64,000 bases of DNA from the IMG/VR virus record IMGVR_UViG_3300031857_000025; one strand, written 5' to 3'. Position numbers and translations under genes: made by a program. The DNA comes from a virus. The notes beneath the pieces are model-generated. The model did no database searches, was not told where the DNA came from, and saw only the letters and a program-made list of their open reading frames with translations. Shown here piece by piece: positions 19,388 through 29,921 of this stretch. Position 1 is the first letter of the stretch. Each line of letters starts with the position of its first letter.

Positions 19388-21400
19388 ATGGAAAATTTCT
19401 TTTTAAAGTCACCTAATCCATCGATACAGCAGGCGATTAACTATCGTAAACAAAACTGGTCACCTCTGTCTCGGCAAGTAAATGTTACGATTACATGTAA
19501 TGGTACTAAATACTTTCCAAGTACGGATAAACGTATAAAATTAACAAAAGTATCAATTTCAGAGTCTGGCGATTATATGACCGCCAGAAAGTGTCAGATT
19601 GAAATATTATGTATTGGTTGGGATGCTTTTGAAATTGTAGAAAAAGATTTTGGATTTATTGATAAGAATAAAAGATTAACAATACAATTTGAACAAGTAG
19701 CACCTCCAGGTTATTCAGTAGCAGCTGCTGAAATATCACAAACCTGGGAATTTCGTATAATTGATCCAGCATTTACTTTACAAGATGATGGTACAATACT
19801 TTTAGCTGTTAGGGGTATAGGAGCAGGAGCAACGGTAGAATCTGTAAATATAGGTGACGCTGCATTTGCGACAGCTCTTCCAGGTACAACATTCGTATCA
19901 GATTATAACTGGAATAATGACACTAAACAGATACAATCAATAACTGATTATATTCATTGGCGTGTGCAATCTCAGACAAATGCATTAACGTCTATAGATT
20001 TTGATATACAGCATGGATGCCAAGGATCGATTACAGATGATGCTCCTGGTAATGCAATGTTCTTAACTTTAAAAACAGCATCAGAAGTATATGAAGCTCC
20101 AGAACAATCAGTAAATATGCCGTCATTAATATATGTTACATTATCAGGAATTGTACATTTAATAAATACATATTATCAACCTGGCGAAGGTGCACTTAGT
20201 TCAATAAAAATTACATGTGAACCTCGAGGTACTGTAACATATAAAACTTCGGATGGTAGTACATTTGGTTTATATAGTGCAGATCCAATTCGAGTATTCT
20301 TACCATGGTCGGATCCGGCATATTGTAGTTATATACCTAAAGGGGCAGAAAGTCAGCCTGGTCGAAATGCATTTGATTTTGTTAGTAATCCTGGATATGC
20401 TTTACCGGCATTACAAGCATGTAGTGTATCAGGCGGAGAGTTAGGTGGTATTTTTATTAATGTTGATATACTAGAAACTATATTAAAAGAATTAGGTGGC
20501 GAAAATACTGATAGTACATTAGAGAAAAAAAATCCAGCTAAAATATCAATACAAAGTTTTTTCAAAAAGATTTTTGCTACTATTAAAGAATTAACAGGCG
20601 GTGCTATTGATTTAGGATTACGTACTGATAATGATAAAACAACGCCGACACATACCGAATTTGCAATTGTAAATGCTCGTGATCAAACAACCGAAGTAAT
20701 TACACCAGTAGCCTTTTCGCGTCTAGACGGTACTACAATAAGCCTAATCGTTAAAAGTAAAATTACTCAGGAATTAATTGCGGCTTCATTTGGAAGTGCT
20801 CCTGGTACTGACGGGGACGAATCAGGTACGGCAGCTGTTGGTAGACAACAAGCATCAGAAGATGACACTACAGCTGCTAAGAAAGGTTTACCTACATGGA
20901 CAGATTTATCAGATGCACGTACACGATTAGCATATGGGTTTTTTAAAGATGAAGATGTTAATGCGGCTAAAGGTGTATTAACGCGATTAATTACAGAACA
21001 AAATACCAAAGAAAAAGCAGAACAGTCTACTGGTATATATCCGTTAGAATTGACATTAATTATACGTGGCCTAGACGGATTTCGTTTTGGTGATGCTATA
21101 ACAGTTAATGAATTGCCTAGTCGATACAAAACACCAGTAGGTGGAACACGTATAATTTTTACAGTACATGAGGTAGAGCATCAGTATGTAGAAGGCGGTC
21201 GTTGGGAAACATCATTAAAAACATTGTTACGTATGGCACCTGATAATTTATACCAATCAGTTAGTAGTACTGGCAATGGCGTTACATCAGCTGATACCCA
21301 AGAAAGTTTACAGACACAAATGTCAACCCAAATACAGAATGAGAATATTAATTCAAGTACAACTGACCCAAATAATTCGGTATTTGAAAGATTAGAATAG
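19388..21400 (+). CDS. Baseplate hub-like protein
   Basis: Follows the LysM gene. C-terminal PLELTLIIRGLDGFRFGD...LPSRY...F.V.EVEH...WETSL hub-like motif. Confidence 0.6.
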   Translation: MENFFLKSPNPSIQQAINYRKQNWSPLSRQVNVTITCNGTKYFPSTDKRIKLTKVSISESGDYMTARKCQIEILCIGWDAFEIVEKDFGFIDKNKRLTIQFEQVAPPGYSVAAAEISQTWEFRIIDPAFTLQDDGTILLAVRGIGAGATVESVNIGDAAFATALPGTTFVSDYNWNNDTKQIQSITDYIHWRVQSQTNALTSIDFDIQHGCQGSITDDAPGNAMFLTLKTASEVYEAPEQSVNMPSLIYVTLSGIVHLINTYYQPGEGALSSIKITCEPRGTVTYKTSDGSTFGLYSADPIRVFLPWSDPAYCSYIPKGAESQPGRNAFDFVSNPGYALPALQACSVSGGELGGIFINVDILETILKELGGENTDSTLEKKNPAKISIQSFFKKIFATIKELTGGAIDLGLRTDNDKTTPTHTEFAIVNARDQTTEVITPVAFSRLDGTTISLIVKSKITQELIAASFGSAPGTDGDESGTAAVGRQQASEDDTTAAKKGLPTWTDLSDARTRLAYGFFKDEDVNAAKGVLTRLITEQNTKEKAEQSTGIYPLELTLIIRGLDGFRFGDAITVNELPSRYKTPVGGTRIIFTVHEVEHQYVEGGRWETSLKTLLRMAPDNLYQSVSSTGNGVTSADTQESLQTQMSTQIQNENINSSTTDPNNSVFERLE

Positions 21401-21408
21401 GAATAAGA

Positions 21409-21975
21409 ATGTTACCACAATTACATATGCCTCCTAGTCAAATAAAAAAAGCTTATACAGCTGGAGGTGAATATATTATTGCCAATGTAAATGATCGTCG
21501 AGAATATGTTGGATATCTACATATATATCCAAACGGTGCTATATATAGTGGTGATAAGTACACATCGGATAGTATAGAATTATTAATGGTGCCGGCACAA
21601 TACTTTAACTCCCAGTATAATGGTATATATTTTAAACTTACTAGAGCAGCTTTTTATAATCATACAGATCCGCAACATTACGTTTTAGTACCTACAGCAG
21701 ATGATCGTAAAAAAGGTGTAGTTAAACGATATTTTGCCTGTAAACGCAATGAAGATATTGTTATTGAAGTTGATTCCAAACAAGTGCAAGCAGCTAATGT
21801 ATCAAATAAAAAAGGTATTAATGCACGTATTTGGCGTATGATATCATTGGAATGGACAATTGCTGGTAATACAGATGAAGTACAACGAGCGAATAGTAGA
21901 GTTGTATCAGTTGCATCACGTAAAGTTCCTTATATACGTACATACTTATCAGACCTTTTAGAATTTTATCAGTAA
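21409..21975 (+). CDS. Hypothetical protein (tail module)
   Basis: 188-aa ORF (YTAGGEY...YVGY.H...RYF) at the end of the baseplate cluster. Confidence 0.6.
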   Translation: MLPQLHMPPSQIKKAYTAGGEYIIANVNDRREYVGYLHIYPNGAIYSGDKYTSDSIELLMVPAQYFNSQYNGIYFKLTRAAFYNHTDPQHYVLVPTADDRKKGVVKRYFACKRNEDIVIEVDSKQVQAANVSNKKGINARIWRMISLEWTIAGNTDEVQRANSRVVSVASRKVPYIRTYLSDLLEFYQ

Positions 21976-21977
21976 CA

Positions 21978-22010
21978 TTTGGTAAATTAAGATATTGATC
22001 TTATATTTAG
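21978..22010 (+). promoter_or_regulatory. Early/middle promoter TTGGTA-N17-TATATT(TAG)
   Basis: Same geometry recurs at 26846, 29888, 34321, 39913, 47616 and 52284. Confidence 0.65.
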
Positions 22011-22014
22011 CTAA

Positions 22015-23322
22015 ATGATAATCGAATCTGATATTGACTTCCAACGTGTTCAAGCGTCTTTAAGATCTGGTGATAGCTTCTGGATTCCGGTATACTCTGA
22101 CAAGTATCGTCATTATGTAAATAATAGAATTAGTTTTGTTTACATATATAGTATAGCTGATAATGAAGACTACATTGTTCCATTCCATCATATGGATTGT
22201 TTGAACCTCAAATCCGAACAACTACAACACCTTACAAGTCAACATAATATCTTTGTATTAGGTAAAAAGCGATTCCAATATACGTACGGTAATACATGTT
22301 ATGACGCCGATCTGTTTGCCTGGTGGCATACCAATAAAATGTTACCGTTAGATGAAACTAATACTGCTGCTCATGACATGTGGAGCAAGTGGTGGCATAA
22401 TGAAACCAATACAAACGATTGGTTACCAATAACTCGTCATCTGGAACGATGTGTTAACATGCGTATAGAGTTTCTAAAACTATATAATACAGTTGAGATA
22501 TCTGATGAGTATAAGACATATGATATATCCGTATGTAAAGCATTTGGTGATATTGAACAGTATGGATTATATCAGTCAACAAAACAACTAGCTCATACCG
22601 AATATAATTTATATACAAGTACAGGTCGTCCTAGTAATAAGTTTGGTGGTATTAACTATGCAGCTATGAATAAGGAAGATGGTAGTCGTAAAATATACTC
22701 GAGTAGATTTGCAAAAGGTATGTTAGTTGAATATGATTATGATGCATATCATGTACGGTTGATTGCCAGTTTAATTGAATATACATTACCGACTGGTTCA
22801 GTTCATACTTATTTTGGTAAACAGTATTTTGATACGGATGATTTATCAGAAGAACAGTATGACCAAAGCAAACAAATAACATTCCGATTGTTGTACGGAG
22901 GTATTGATGATGACTTTGCTCAGATACCATTCTTTAACAAAGTACGTCAGTTCATTAACAAGTTATGGAAAGAATTCAAAGTATCAGGTTACATAACTAC
23001 TCCTATATATAAACGGAGAATGTTTAAAAATAATCTGCATGATATGAATGCCAATAAATTGTTTAACTATTTGTTACAGGCAACTGAAACAGAACATAAT
23101 ATCAAACAAGTTTTAGCTGTAAATAACTTACTAATAAACTATCAAAGCCGATTAGTATTGTATACATACGATTCATTTTTATTTGATTTTGATATGACCG
23201 ATGGTAAACATGTATTATGTGATATCAAGAACACATTATCAGATAATGGTCAATATCCAGTTAAACTAAAAGCTGGAGTAGACTATGACAGTATGCATGA
23301 TATGACTAACCGACTTAGTTAA
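22015..23322 (+). CDS. Short family-A DNA polymerase
   Basis: TSTGRPSN, motif A VEYDYDAYHVRL, motif B SKQITFRLLYG, NYLLQATE, motif C LYTYDSFLFD. Confidence 0.85.
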   Translation: MIIESDIDFQRVQASLRSGDSFWIPVYSDKYRHYVNNRISFVYIYSIADNEDYIVPFHHMDCLNLKSEQLQHLTSQHNIFVLGKKRFQYTYGNTCYDADLFAWWHTNKMLPLDETNTAAHDMWSKWWHNETNTNDWLPITRHLERCVNMRIEFLKLYNTVEISDEYKTYDISVCKAFGDIEQYGLYQSTKQLAHTEYNLYTSTGRPSNKFGGINYAAMNKEDGSRKIYSSRFAKGMLVEYDYDAYHVRLIASLIEYTLPTGSVHTYFGKQYFDTDDLSEEQYDQSKQITFRLLYGGIDDDFAQIPFFNKVRQFINKLWKEFKVSGYITTPIYKRRMFKNNLHDMNANKLFNYLLQATETEHNIKQVLAVNNLLINYQSRLVLYTYDSFLFDFDMTDGKHVLCDIKNTLSDNGQYPVKLKAGVDYDSMHDMTNRLS

Positions 23323-23372
23323 ATATTTATAACTATAAAAAGTTTTGTTGGATATTTATTAAAAAAAGAATT

Positions 23373-23921
23373 ATGACCGAATTACCAAAATCAACAGTAC
23401 AAACAGTAGTATCGTCACAAGATAGTGTTATGTTACCAAAAACATTGACACCAGAAATTGTGAACGTACTTAACTCTGCAATTGCAGAAGAATATGCCGC
23501 TCATTATTTTTATAGAGGAGCTGCTAACTGGTGCCAAGGAGTTGGATATACTAAAGCGGCAGCGTTTTTTGCTAGTGAAGCAATTGCAGAATTAGAGCAT
23601 GCTGAGAAGTTACAAAAGTATATAGTAGATTGGAATGCTACTCCGTTACTGCCATCTATAAAATTTAACGGTGAGTTTGCTCATTTAATTGATGTTGTTA
23701 ACAAATCATATGCTATTGAATACCAATTAGGTAACAAGTATATGACCTGGACACGTCAAATGTTTGATACTCATTTAATGACATTTAATTTCCTTCAAGG
23801 ATATGTAGATATTCAGAATGGGTCTATTGCAGAAATGTCAGATCTATTAAATGCTGCGCAGCTAGTTGATACATCAAATAAATTAGATTTATTACATTAT
23901 GAAGAAAGATACTTTGGTTAA
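23373..23921 (+). CDS. Ferritin-like protein
   Basis: LNSAIAEEYAAHYFY...AAFF...ELEHAEKL...IE...TFNFLQ.Y...Q four-helix ferritin pattern. Confidence 0.85.
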   Translation: MTELPKSTVQTVVSSQDSVMLPKTLTPEIVNVLNSAIAEEYAAHYFYRGAANWCQGVGYTKAAAFFASEAIAELEHAEKLQKYIVDWNATPLLPSIKFNGEFAHLIDVVNKSYAIEYQLGNKYMTWTRQMFDTHLMTFNFLQGYVDIQNGSIAEMSDLLNAAQLVDTSNKLDLLHYEERYFG

Positions 23922-25317
23922 TTTACTTGATTTAGATAATATTCTGAATCCGGAGCCTATACAAGCACAGGCAGATATAATTTCTGAATCGGTTAATAAT
24001 ACTGTTACGGAAACACCTAAGCCAGTTAATATTGATTGGGATGAAGTAATTACTGAATGGTTTTATCGTTTACCAAAAGGATATGCCGAACAGCCATATA
24101 CTGAAAAAGAACTTAAAGTCTTAGATCAAGTAATTAATGAATATCAAAGTGGTGGGTTTAAACCAGTTATTAACGAAGCAAAAGCATTAACACCTGCTTT
24201 AACACCAGCTGGTAAAGAATTCATGCAAAAGGTTTATGATAATGGTAGTATACGTGATGAGGCATATCGAAAAATAGAATCAATCGTAGCAACAGCTAGT
24301 AAAGATCAGCAGATACAATGGAATGATTTGTTTCAGACATATACATTAAAACAATATATTAATGGTGGCTGGGAAAATTTTAAAGAATTTTTTGATATTG
24401 CACCACAGGGAATGGGTCGTGGTGAAATGATGGCTGTGTTAGCAATTAAAGGAGCTGCTTCCGGAGGTACCGAGCAGAAGGATTTACTATTACCTAGTGC
24501 TACTTGGGAAGTAAAAGAAGACCCGGATAACATCCGTATGGCCAAATCTGGCTTCGGTGGCAAGTTTAAATATGTCAAAGAAACTAAAAAATTCTATGAA
24601 TTACTAGAAGGTATTGGTTTAAATGGCGGAGAGGATGCTACGATTATAGAAAATCTTAATAAAGTATTTAATTCTGAATCGTTATCAAATGAATTCATGA
24701 AAGTATTAACAGTTAACTTCCGTGGTGATGGTTTTAAAGCAAAAAAGAAAAAAGGTGAAGAAGACGTTACATCTGAAAATTTCTTTGATCGTGTATCAAA
24801 AGCAGCTGAATTACCATCTGGCGTAATTGAATTACATTACCTAGGGTTTAAAGAACTAAACAGATTAGGTAAAACAATAAGTAAAAATAAAGATTTAGTA
24901 AATACAGCTAAATTAATTGTACAAACATCGAAAGCAGAAGGTCAGTTTTTTATTAGTACTGATGATGCTACAAAGATACAAAAAGCAAAATCGGACCAAT
25001 CAGTAAGTATTAAAGTATCTACTCCGGCAAAAAAAGATATTCGTGTATTTTTATATAACATTCTTAAAATTATAAAATCGCCAATGGTACAAGACCCTGA
25101 GTTATTACCAAAAGATTTTAATGATCGTAAACATGCATACTTTATTGATGATGGATTGCCAGGCTTTGTTTATTATTTATCAGGTAATCCGAAACCATAT
25201 TTAGGTTTTCCGAAAGATTTTATCATATATGGTATATCACAAAATATGGGAAAGATGATGATTGGGCGTCTAGCCAGTAAATATGAATTTATTAAAGCGC
25301 AAATGGCGTTAGGTTAA
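23899..25317 (+). CDS. Hypothetical protein with a restriction-endonuclease-like PD-(D/E)xK motif
   Basis: GMGRGEM...GG...KDL...WEVKE. N-terminal region has ITEWFYRLPKGY and (I/V)-x-x-E sites. Confidence 0.5.
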   Translation: MKKDTLVNLLDLDNILNPEPIQAQADIISESVNNTVTETPKPVNIDWDEVITEWFYRLPKGYAEQPYTEKELKVLDQVINEYQSGGFKPVINEAKALTPALTPAGKEFMQKVYDNGSIRDEAYRKIESIVATASKDQQIQWNDLFQTYTLKQYINGGWENFKEFFDIAPQGMGRGEMMAVLAIKGAASGGTEQKDLLLPSATWEVKEDPDNIRMAKSGFGGKFKYVKETKKFYELLEGIGLNGGEDATIIENLNKVFNSESLSNEFMKVLTVNFRGDGFKAKKKKGEEDVTSENFFDRVSKAAELPSGVIELHYLGFKELNRLGKTISKNKDLVNTAKLIVQTSKAEGQFFISTDDATKIQKAKSDQSVSIKVSTPAKKDIRVFLYNILKIIKSPMVQDPELLPKDFNDRKHAYFIDDGLPGFVYYLSGNPKPYLGFPKDFIIYGISQNMGKMMIGRLASKYEFIKAQMALG

Positions 25318-25334
25318 GTAAGAGAGGTTGATTA

Positions 25335-25721
25335 GTGAAGCCACAACTATTATGTACATTTGCACATCGTAAAGATTTAGATTTAATACTTGATTATATC
25401 ATATCATCTTATACTATATCTGAACGTCGGTTATTTGTATTTGCTGATGATAATGTTTACAATGACATGTACATAACATTCAATGTGGAAACTGCGGATA
25501 CCAAGCGTATACCAAATACAATATTGGTACACCGTAAAAAAGAAACCAATACCATGTATACAGTTAATGCTTTAAATGTAATCATACGTGAAGCTAATAA
25601 CGGTATACTGGATAAGACATTTATTATTAACTGGAATGCTTATCGCAATTCTATACTATTAACTTCAGATGATGCATTAAGGCATGTGCAATTGAAAATG
25701 CATAAGCGAATTGATTTGTAA
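25335..25721 (+). CDS. Hypothetical phage protein
   Basis: GTG start after GAGG; QLLCTF...LVHRKKETNTMYTVNALN. Confidence 0.65.
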   Translation: MKPQLLCTFAHRKDLDLILDYIISSYTISERRLFVFADDNVYNDMYITFNVETADTKRIPNTILVHRKKETNTMYTVNALNVIIREANNGILDKTFIINWNAYRNSILLTSDDALRHVQLKMHKRIDL

Positions 25722-25750
25722 TATATTTATTTAAAACATAAAAGGAAAAC

Positions 25751-26488
25751 ATGAAAAAAATACAACTTAAAAATTTAATCCGTGAAGAGATTCGCAGAGT
25801 ATTAAAAGAAGCTGCTACCGGTACATTACGCAATGTAAAGGCAAACGTTTCTATATTTAGTGGTAAAGACGGTGAAGAAATGCAGTTGGCAGATAAATTT
25901 TTCGGAAAATTTATTACCGTAAAACAAGCTCCAAATGAAGACGGAGATGCTATAGTAGACGTTAACGTTGGCAACTTAATTAACTTGCTGCAAACAGATG
26001 CAAAATATAGTGCAGGGACAGCTGAGTATAGTAAGAAGCCAGGTGACGTTAGGGTTTATTACGGCGGAAATGATTCTATAGAGCTTTATGGATTACCAAC
26101 TGATGCATCAGATGCAATTTTATCAACTGGTACATCAAAAAAACAATCTCGTATGTATTCTGTAACAGTACAGATAGGTGCAGATCCGTATGCTAACTTT
26201 GATGATTTTGAAGATTATATGATACCAACTGTAGCAGAAAAGATAATCGGACGTCCGAAAATTACAGCCCAGCCAGAAACTGATGCTGAGGGAAGGCAAA
26301 TTGACCAGTATGTTAGCAAGTTAGAAAAAACTTTATTGGCAGCTGCTAAACGAGTTGTTCCGGGAATAAAGAGTATGGCAACTGAAGAAGGTGGATTTGT
26401 ATTTCAACTACCGGGACAGCCAGATAGTCAAATGAAGTCTAAACTAAAGTCTTTGTTTGCAGGCGCTAGAAAAGTAACTTTTAAATAA
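25751..26488 (+). CDS. Hypothetical protein with LIREE...LKEA leader (putative internal head protein)
   Basis: MKKIQLKNLIREEIRRVLKEA; preceded by ATATTTATT and AAGGA. Confidence 0.6.
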   Translation: MKKIQLKNLIREEIRRVLKEAATGTLRNVKANVSIFSGKDGEEMQLADKFFGKFITVKQAPNEDGDAIVDVNVGNLINLLQTDAKYSAGTAEYSKKPGDVRVYYGGNDSIELYGLPTDASDAILSTGTSKKQSRMYSVTVQIGADPYANFDDFEDYMIPTVAEKIIGRPKITAQPETDAEGRQIDQYVSKLEKTLLAAAKRVVPGIKSMATEEGGFVFQLPGQPDSQMKSKLKSLFAGARKVTFK

Positions 26489-26508
26489 AATATATATAAA
26501 GTAATAAC

Positions 26509-26733
26509 ATGAAAGCATCAGAGTTTAAAAAACTAATCCGTGAAGAGGTTAAAAACGTCTTAAAGGAAGCTACAGTTAAACTTGGGCCTGACAAAAATTT
26601 TATTTTAAAAAACTATAAAGGAGGTGTACTACTTCAAAAATTAGACCCTAACGGAGGTCAAGTACATAGCGAAATGCTTATCCTTAAAAATGAAATACCA
26701 GATGTAATTGCTTTCTTAAATAAGAATAAATAA
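26509..26733 (+). CDS. Small protein with LIREE...LKEA leader (putative internal head protein)
   Basis: MKASEFKKLIREEVKNVLKEA. Confidence 0.6.
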   Translation: MKASEFKKLIREEVKNVLKEATVKLGPDKNFILKNYKGGVLLQKLDPNGGQVHSEMLILKNEIPDVIAFLNKNK

Positions 26734-26759
26734 TAAAACTACACGCCCCCAGAATATTA

Positions 26760-26785
26760 GAGCCGGTTTCATCCGGCTTTTTTAT
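26760..26785 (+). terminator. Rho-independent terminator
   Basis: GAGCCGG-TTTCAT-CCGGCTT followed by a T tract. Confidence 0.75.
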
Positions 26786-26917
26786 TGGCTAAGGATATAT
26801 TTATATAAAATAACAAATGATAAATAAAAATATTTCACTTTTTTCTTGTTTAATGAAAAGTAAGTACTTATATTTAAAGCAAATTAATAATAATCAATAA
26901 TAAAAAAGGAGTAACAA

Positions 26918-27688
26918 ATGGCTATTAATTTAGATGCTATTAAAGCAAAACTTAACAAATTACAAACACAGACTACACGTCAGAACAATCTTTGGAAGCC
27001 TGAACCGGGCAAGCAGCAAATTCGTATTGTACCTTATCAATACAACAAAGAGAATCCATTTCAAGAACTTTATTTCCATTATGATCTAGGTAAGAAGAAT
27101 TTCTTATCTCCGATCACTCATGGCAATCCAGATCCAGTAGTGGAATTTGCTGACAAGCTTAAATCTTCAGGTAATTCAGATGAATGGAAATTAGGTAAGA
27201 AACTAGAACCAAAAATGCGTTGCTATGTTCCTATCATTGTTCGTGGTAAAGAGTCCGAAGGTGTTAAATTCTGGGGTTTTGGTAAGACAGTCTATGCTGA
27301 ATTATTAGGGTTCATTGCTGACCCAGATTACGGTGATCTAACCGATCCAATGAATGGTCGTGATATTGTAATTGAATTTACACCAGCCGAAGGTGGTGCA
27401 TATCCAAAGACAACTTTACGTATTAAACCAAATACAACACCATTGACTACGGATCGTAATATTGCTGAAAAGATCGCTCAACAGCAACCAAATCTCGGAG
27501 AAATTTTCAAAGAACCGACTTACAATGAACTTAAAGAAGCATTGGAGCAATGGTTGAATCCTAGTGATGATGATGCTGATACATCTGTATCGACTGCATC
27601 TCATGATGAAGATGAAGCACCATTTTCACCTAATGTAAGTAAAGTTGATGACGTAAGTGCAGCGTTTGATGAATTGTTTAACGAATAA
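26918..27688 (+). CDS. Single-stranded DNA-binding protein (T4 gp32-like)
   Basis: WKP..GKQQIRIVP...VKFWGFGKTVY...D.TDP..GRDI; acidic tail ending AAFDELFNE; SD AAGGAG. Confidence 0.85.
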   Translation: MAINLDAIKAKLNKLQTQTTRQNNLWKPEPGKQQIRIVPYQYNKENPFQELYFHYDLGKKNFLSPITHGNPDPVVEFADKLKSSGNSDEWKLGKKLEPKMRCYVPIIVRGKESEGVKFWGFGKTVYAELLGFIADPDYGDLTDPMNGRDIVIEFTPAEGGAYPKTTLRIKPNTTPLTTDRNIAEKIAQQQPNLGEIFKEPTYNELKEALEQWLNPSDDDADTSVSTASHDEDEAPFSPNVSKVDDVSAAFDELFNE

Positions 27689-27708
27689 TATTTTAAAGGA
27701 GTTACAAA

Positions 27709-28848
27709 ATGGCAGTATCTAAAAGTGATCTGTCGGATGAATTAGCCGGTGAATTGGCTAGTAATCTGAACAAAAAATTTAAAGGATCTGGATACAAGAC
27801 CGCATACTTTTTAGAGGGAGATGTTGATTCTCCTTCTAATGTATCCGGTTGGGTAGGAACAGGTTCAAGTATGCTTGATTTAGCTATATCAAATCGTCCA
27901 GGAGGTGGTTTTCCGATTGGTCGTATCGCTGAGATAACTGGTCTAGAAGCTTCTGGTAAGTCGTTATTGGCTACTCATGCATTAGCTGATACACAGAGAC
28001 AAGGAGGATTGGCAGTTTACATTGATACCGAGAGTGCAGTTAGCAGTGAGTTTCTTGAAGCTATCGGTATTGATTTAACTAAAATGTTATATGTTCCATT
28101 GGAAACTATGGAAGATATCTTTGAAGCTATTGAATCTATTGTTGAATCAGTACGTAAATCGAACAAGGATCGATTGGTTACTATAGTAGTCGATTCGGTC
28201 ATGGGCGCATCTACAAAGGTAGAAATGGCAGCCGAATTTGATAAAGATGGTTGGGCAACTAGCAAAGCCATTATCTTATCAAAAGGTATGCGTAAAATTA
28301 CCAATATGATTGCTCGTGAGAAGATATGTCTACTATTTACCAATCAGTTACGATCTCGACTAGGAGTTAGTTTTGGTGATCCATGGACTACCTCTGGTGG
28401 TAAGGCTATTCCATTTCATGCTTCTGTACGTCTTCGTCTTAAGTCTATAGGTCAAATCAAGGCTAAGGATGCTAAAGGTGTTGAGCAGATCATTGGAATC
28501 AAGACCCGAGCTCAAGTAATTAAGAATCGTATGGGACCTCCTTTGAAGTCTATTGATTATGATATTTACTTTGAGTCTGGTATTGATAATTACGGTGGAT
28601 GGTTGGAAGTGATGAAAGAGTATAAGTTAGTTAGTCAGGCAGGTGCTTGGTATACTTATACAAGAGAGAATGGTACGGCTGTTAAGTTCTTATCAAAAGA
28701 TTTTCAAGGAGCGTTGGAAAAGGATAAGACCCTAATGGATGAAATATACAAAGCTATTTGTGATGCATATATCTTCCGTTACCAAGCAGGCTCTATTGGA
28801 ATTGATGACATTGAAATTGACGAGGACTTTATTAGTGAAGAATCATGA
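27709..28848 (+). CDS. recA: RecA/UvsX recombinase
   Basis: GRIAEITGLEASGKS (Walker A), YIDTE, IVVDSV, FTNQLR, TSGGKAIPFHASVRL, KNRMGPP. Confidence 0.93.
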   Translation: MAVSKSDLSDELAGELASNLNKKFKGSGYKTAYFLEGDVDSPSNVSGWVGTGSSMLDLAISNRPGGGFPIGRIAEITGLEASGKSLLATHALADTQRQGGLAVYIDTESAVSSEFLEAIGIDLTKMLYVPLETMEDIFEAIESIVESVRKSNKDRLVTIVVDSVMGASTKVEMAAEFDKDGWATSKAIILSKGMRKITNMIAREKICLLFTNQLRSRLGVSFGDPWTTSGGKAIPFHASVRLRLKSIGQIKAKDAKGVEQIIGIKTRAQVIKNRMGPPLKSIDYDIYFESGIDNYGGWLEVMKEYKLVSQAGAWYTYTRENGTAVKFLSKDFQGALEKDKTLMDEIYKAICDAYIFRYQAGSIGIDDIEIDEDFISEES

Positions 28849-29891
28849 AGACTAGATATCTTGAAATCTTAAAACAAGTTGAACAGGAACATACCAGTGA
28901 TAAGACTACTGATCGAAACAGTAGAATACTTATTATTGACGGATTGAATACGTTCATCAGAGTATTTTCTGCAGTACCTGCATTAAACGATGACGGTGAA
29001 CATATTGGCGGAGTAACGGGCTTTTTAAGGTCCGTTGCTTCGGTCATCCGTGACTATAAGCCAACTAGATGTATTGTAGTATTTGACGGTAAGGGTGGTT
29101 CTGCGAGACGTAAGAAAGTTTACTCTCAATACAAAGCTAACCGAGCCGTTAAGACCCAATTCAACCGATACCAAGAATTTGCAAATCTTGAAGACGAATC
29201 ATTATCAATGAAACGCCAATTTGGTCGTATTATTGAATATCTACAAGTATTGCCAGTAACTACATTAGCAGTTGATAATGTTGAAGCTGATGATATTATA
29301 GCATATATTGCCAATGAAATTTATACTAAAGATGAACAAAAGGTAACTATTGTATCTACAGATAGAGATTTCTTACAACTAGTTAATCATCGTATCAATG
29401 TATGGAGTCCGGTTAAGAAGATTCTATATAATCCAGTACGATTAGAAGAAGAACTAGGTATTCCGTCAAAGAACTATTTAATGTATCGAACATTTATAGG
29501 TGATAAGTCAGATAACATACCTGGCATTAACGGCGTAGCATTAAAAACAATGCTCAAGCATTTTCCAATCATGACAGAAGATCGTCAAATAAGTATTGAT
29601 GATATAATGGACTATGCTAAGGGACAAGATAAACCGACTCGTATACATGAAGCAGTATTAAACAGCAAAGAAACATTAGAACTCAATTACAACCTAATGC
29701 AACTTAAGAATGTTGATATTCCAGGTAATGCCAAGATGCTAGCCATTAATACTGTTAATGATCCAGTATCAAAGACCAATGTATATGAATTCAAGAAAAT
29801 GTTCATGATGGATAAAATGTATACCATTATTAAAGATGTGGATACTTGGTTAACAGCATTTAATACCTTAAATGCTTATGCAAATATTTGA
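28845..29891 (+). CDS. 5'-3' exonuclease / flap endonuclease (T4 RNase H-like)
   Basis: LIIDGLN, VFDG, YKANR, EADDII, STDRDFLQL, GDKSDNIPGI. Confidence 0.92.
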   Translation: MKTRYLEILKQVEQEHTSDKTTDRNSRILIIDGLNTFIRVFSAVPALNDDGEHIGGVTGFLRSVASVIRDYKPTRCIVVFDGKGGSARRKKVYSQYKANRAVKTQFNRYQEFANLEDESLSMKRQFGRIIEYLQVLPVTTLAVDNVEADDIIAYIANEIYTKDEQKVTIVSTDRDFLQLVNHRINVWSPVKKILYNPVRLEEELGIPSKNYLMYRTFIGDKSDNIPGINGVALKTMLKHFPIMTEDRQISIDDIMDYAKGQDKPTRIHEAVLNSKETLELNYNLMQLKNVDIPGNAKMLAINTVNDPVSKTNVYEFKKMFMMDKMYTIIKDVDTWLTAFNTLNAYANI

Positions 29892-29921
29892 TTTATTAAA
29901 AAATTGTTTATATAATAAAGT

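Noticed and set aside
26817-26900. 27-codon ORF (MINKNISLFSC...) after the motif at 26797
   Set aside because: It is very short, AT-rich and overlaps the SSB promoter; more likely leader sequence.
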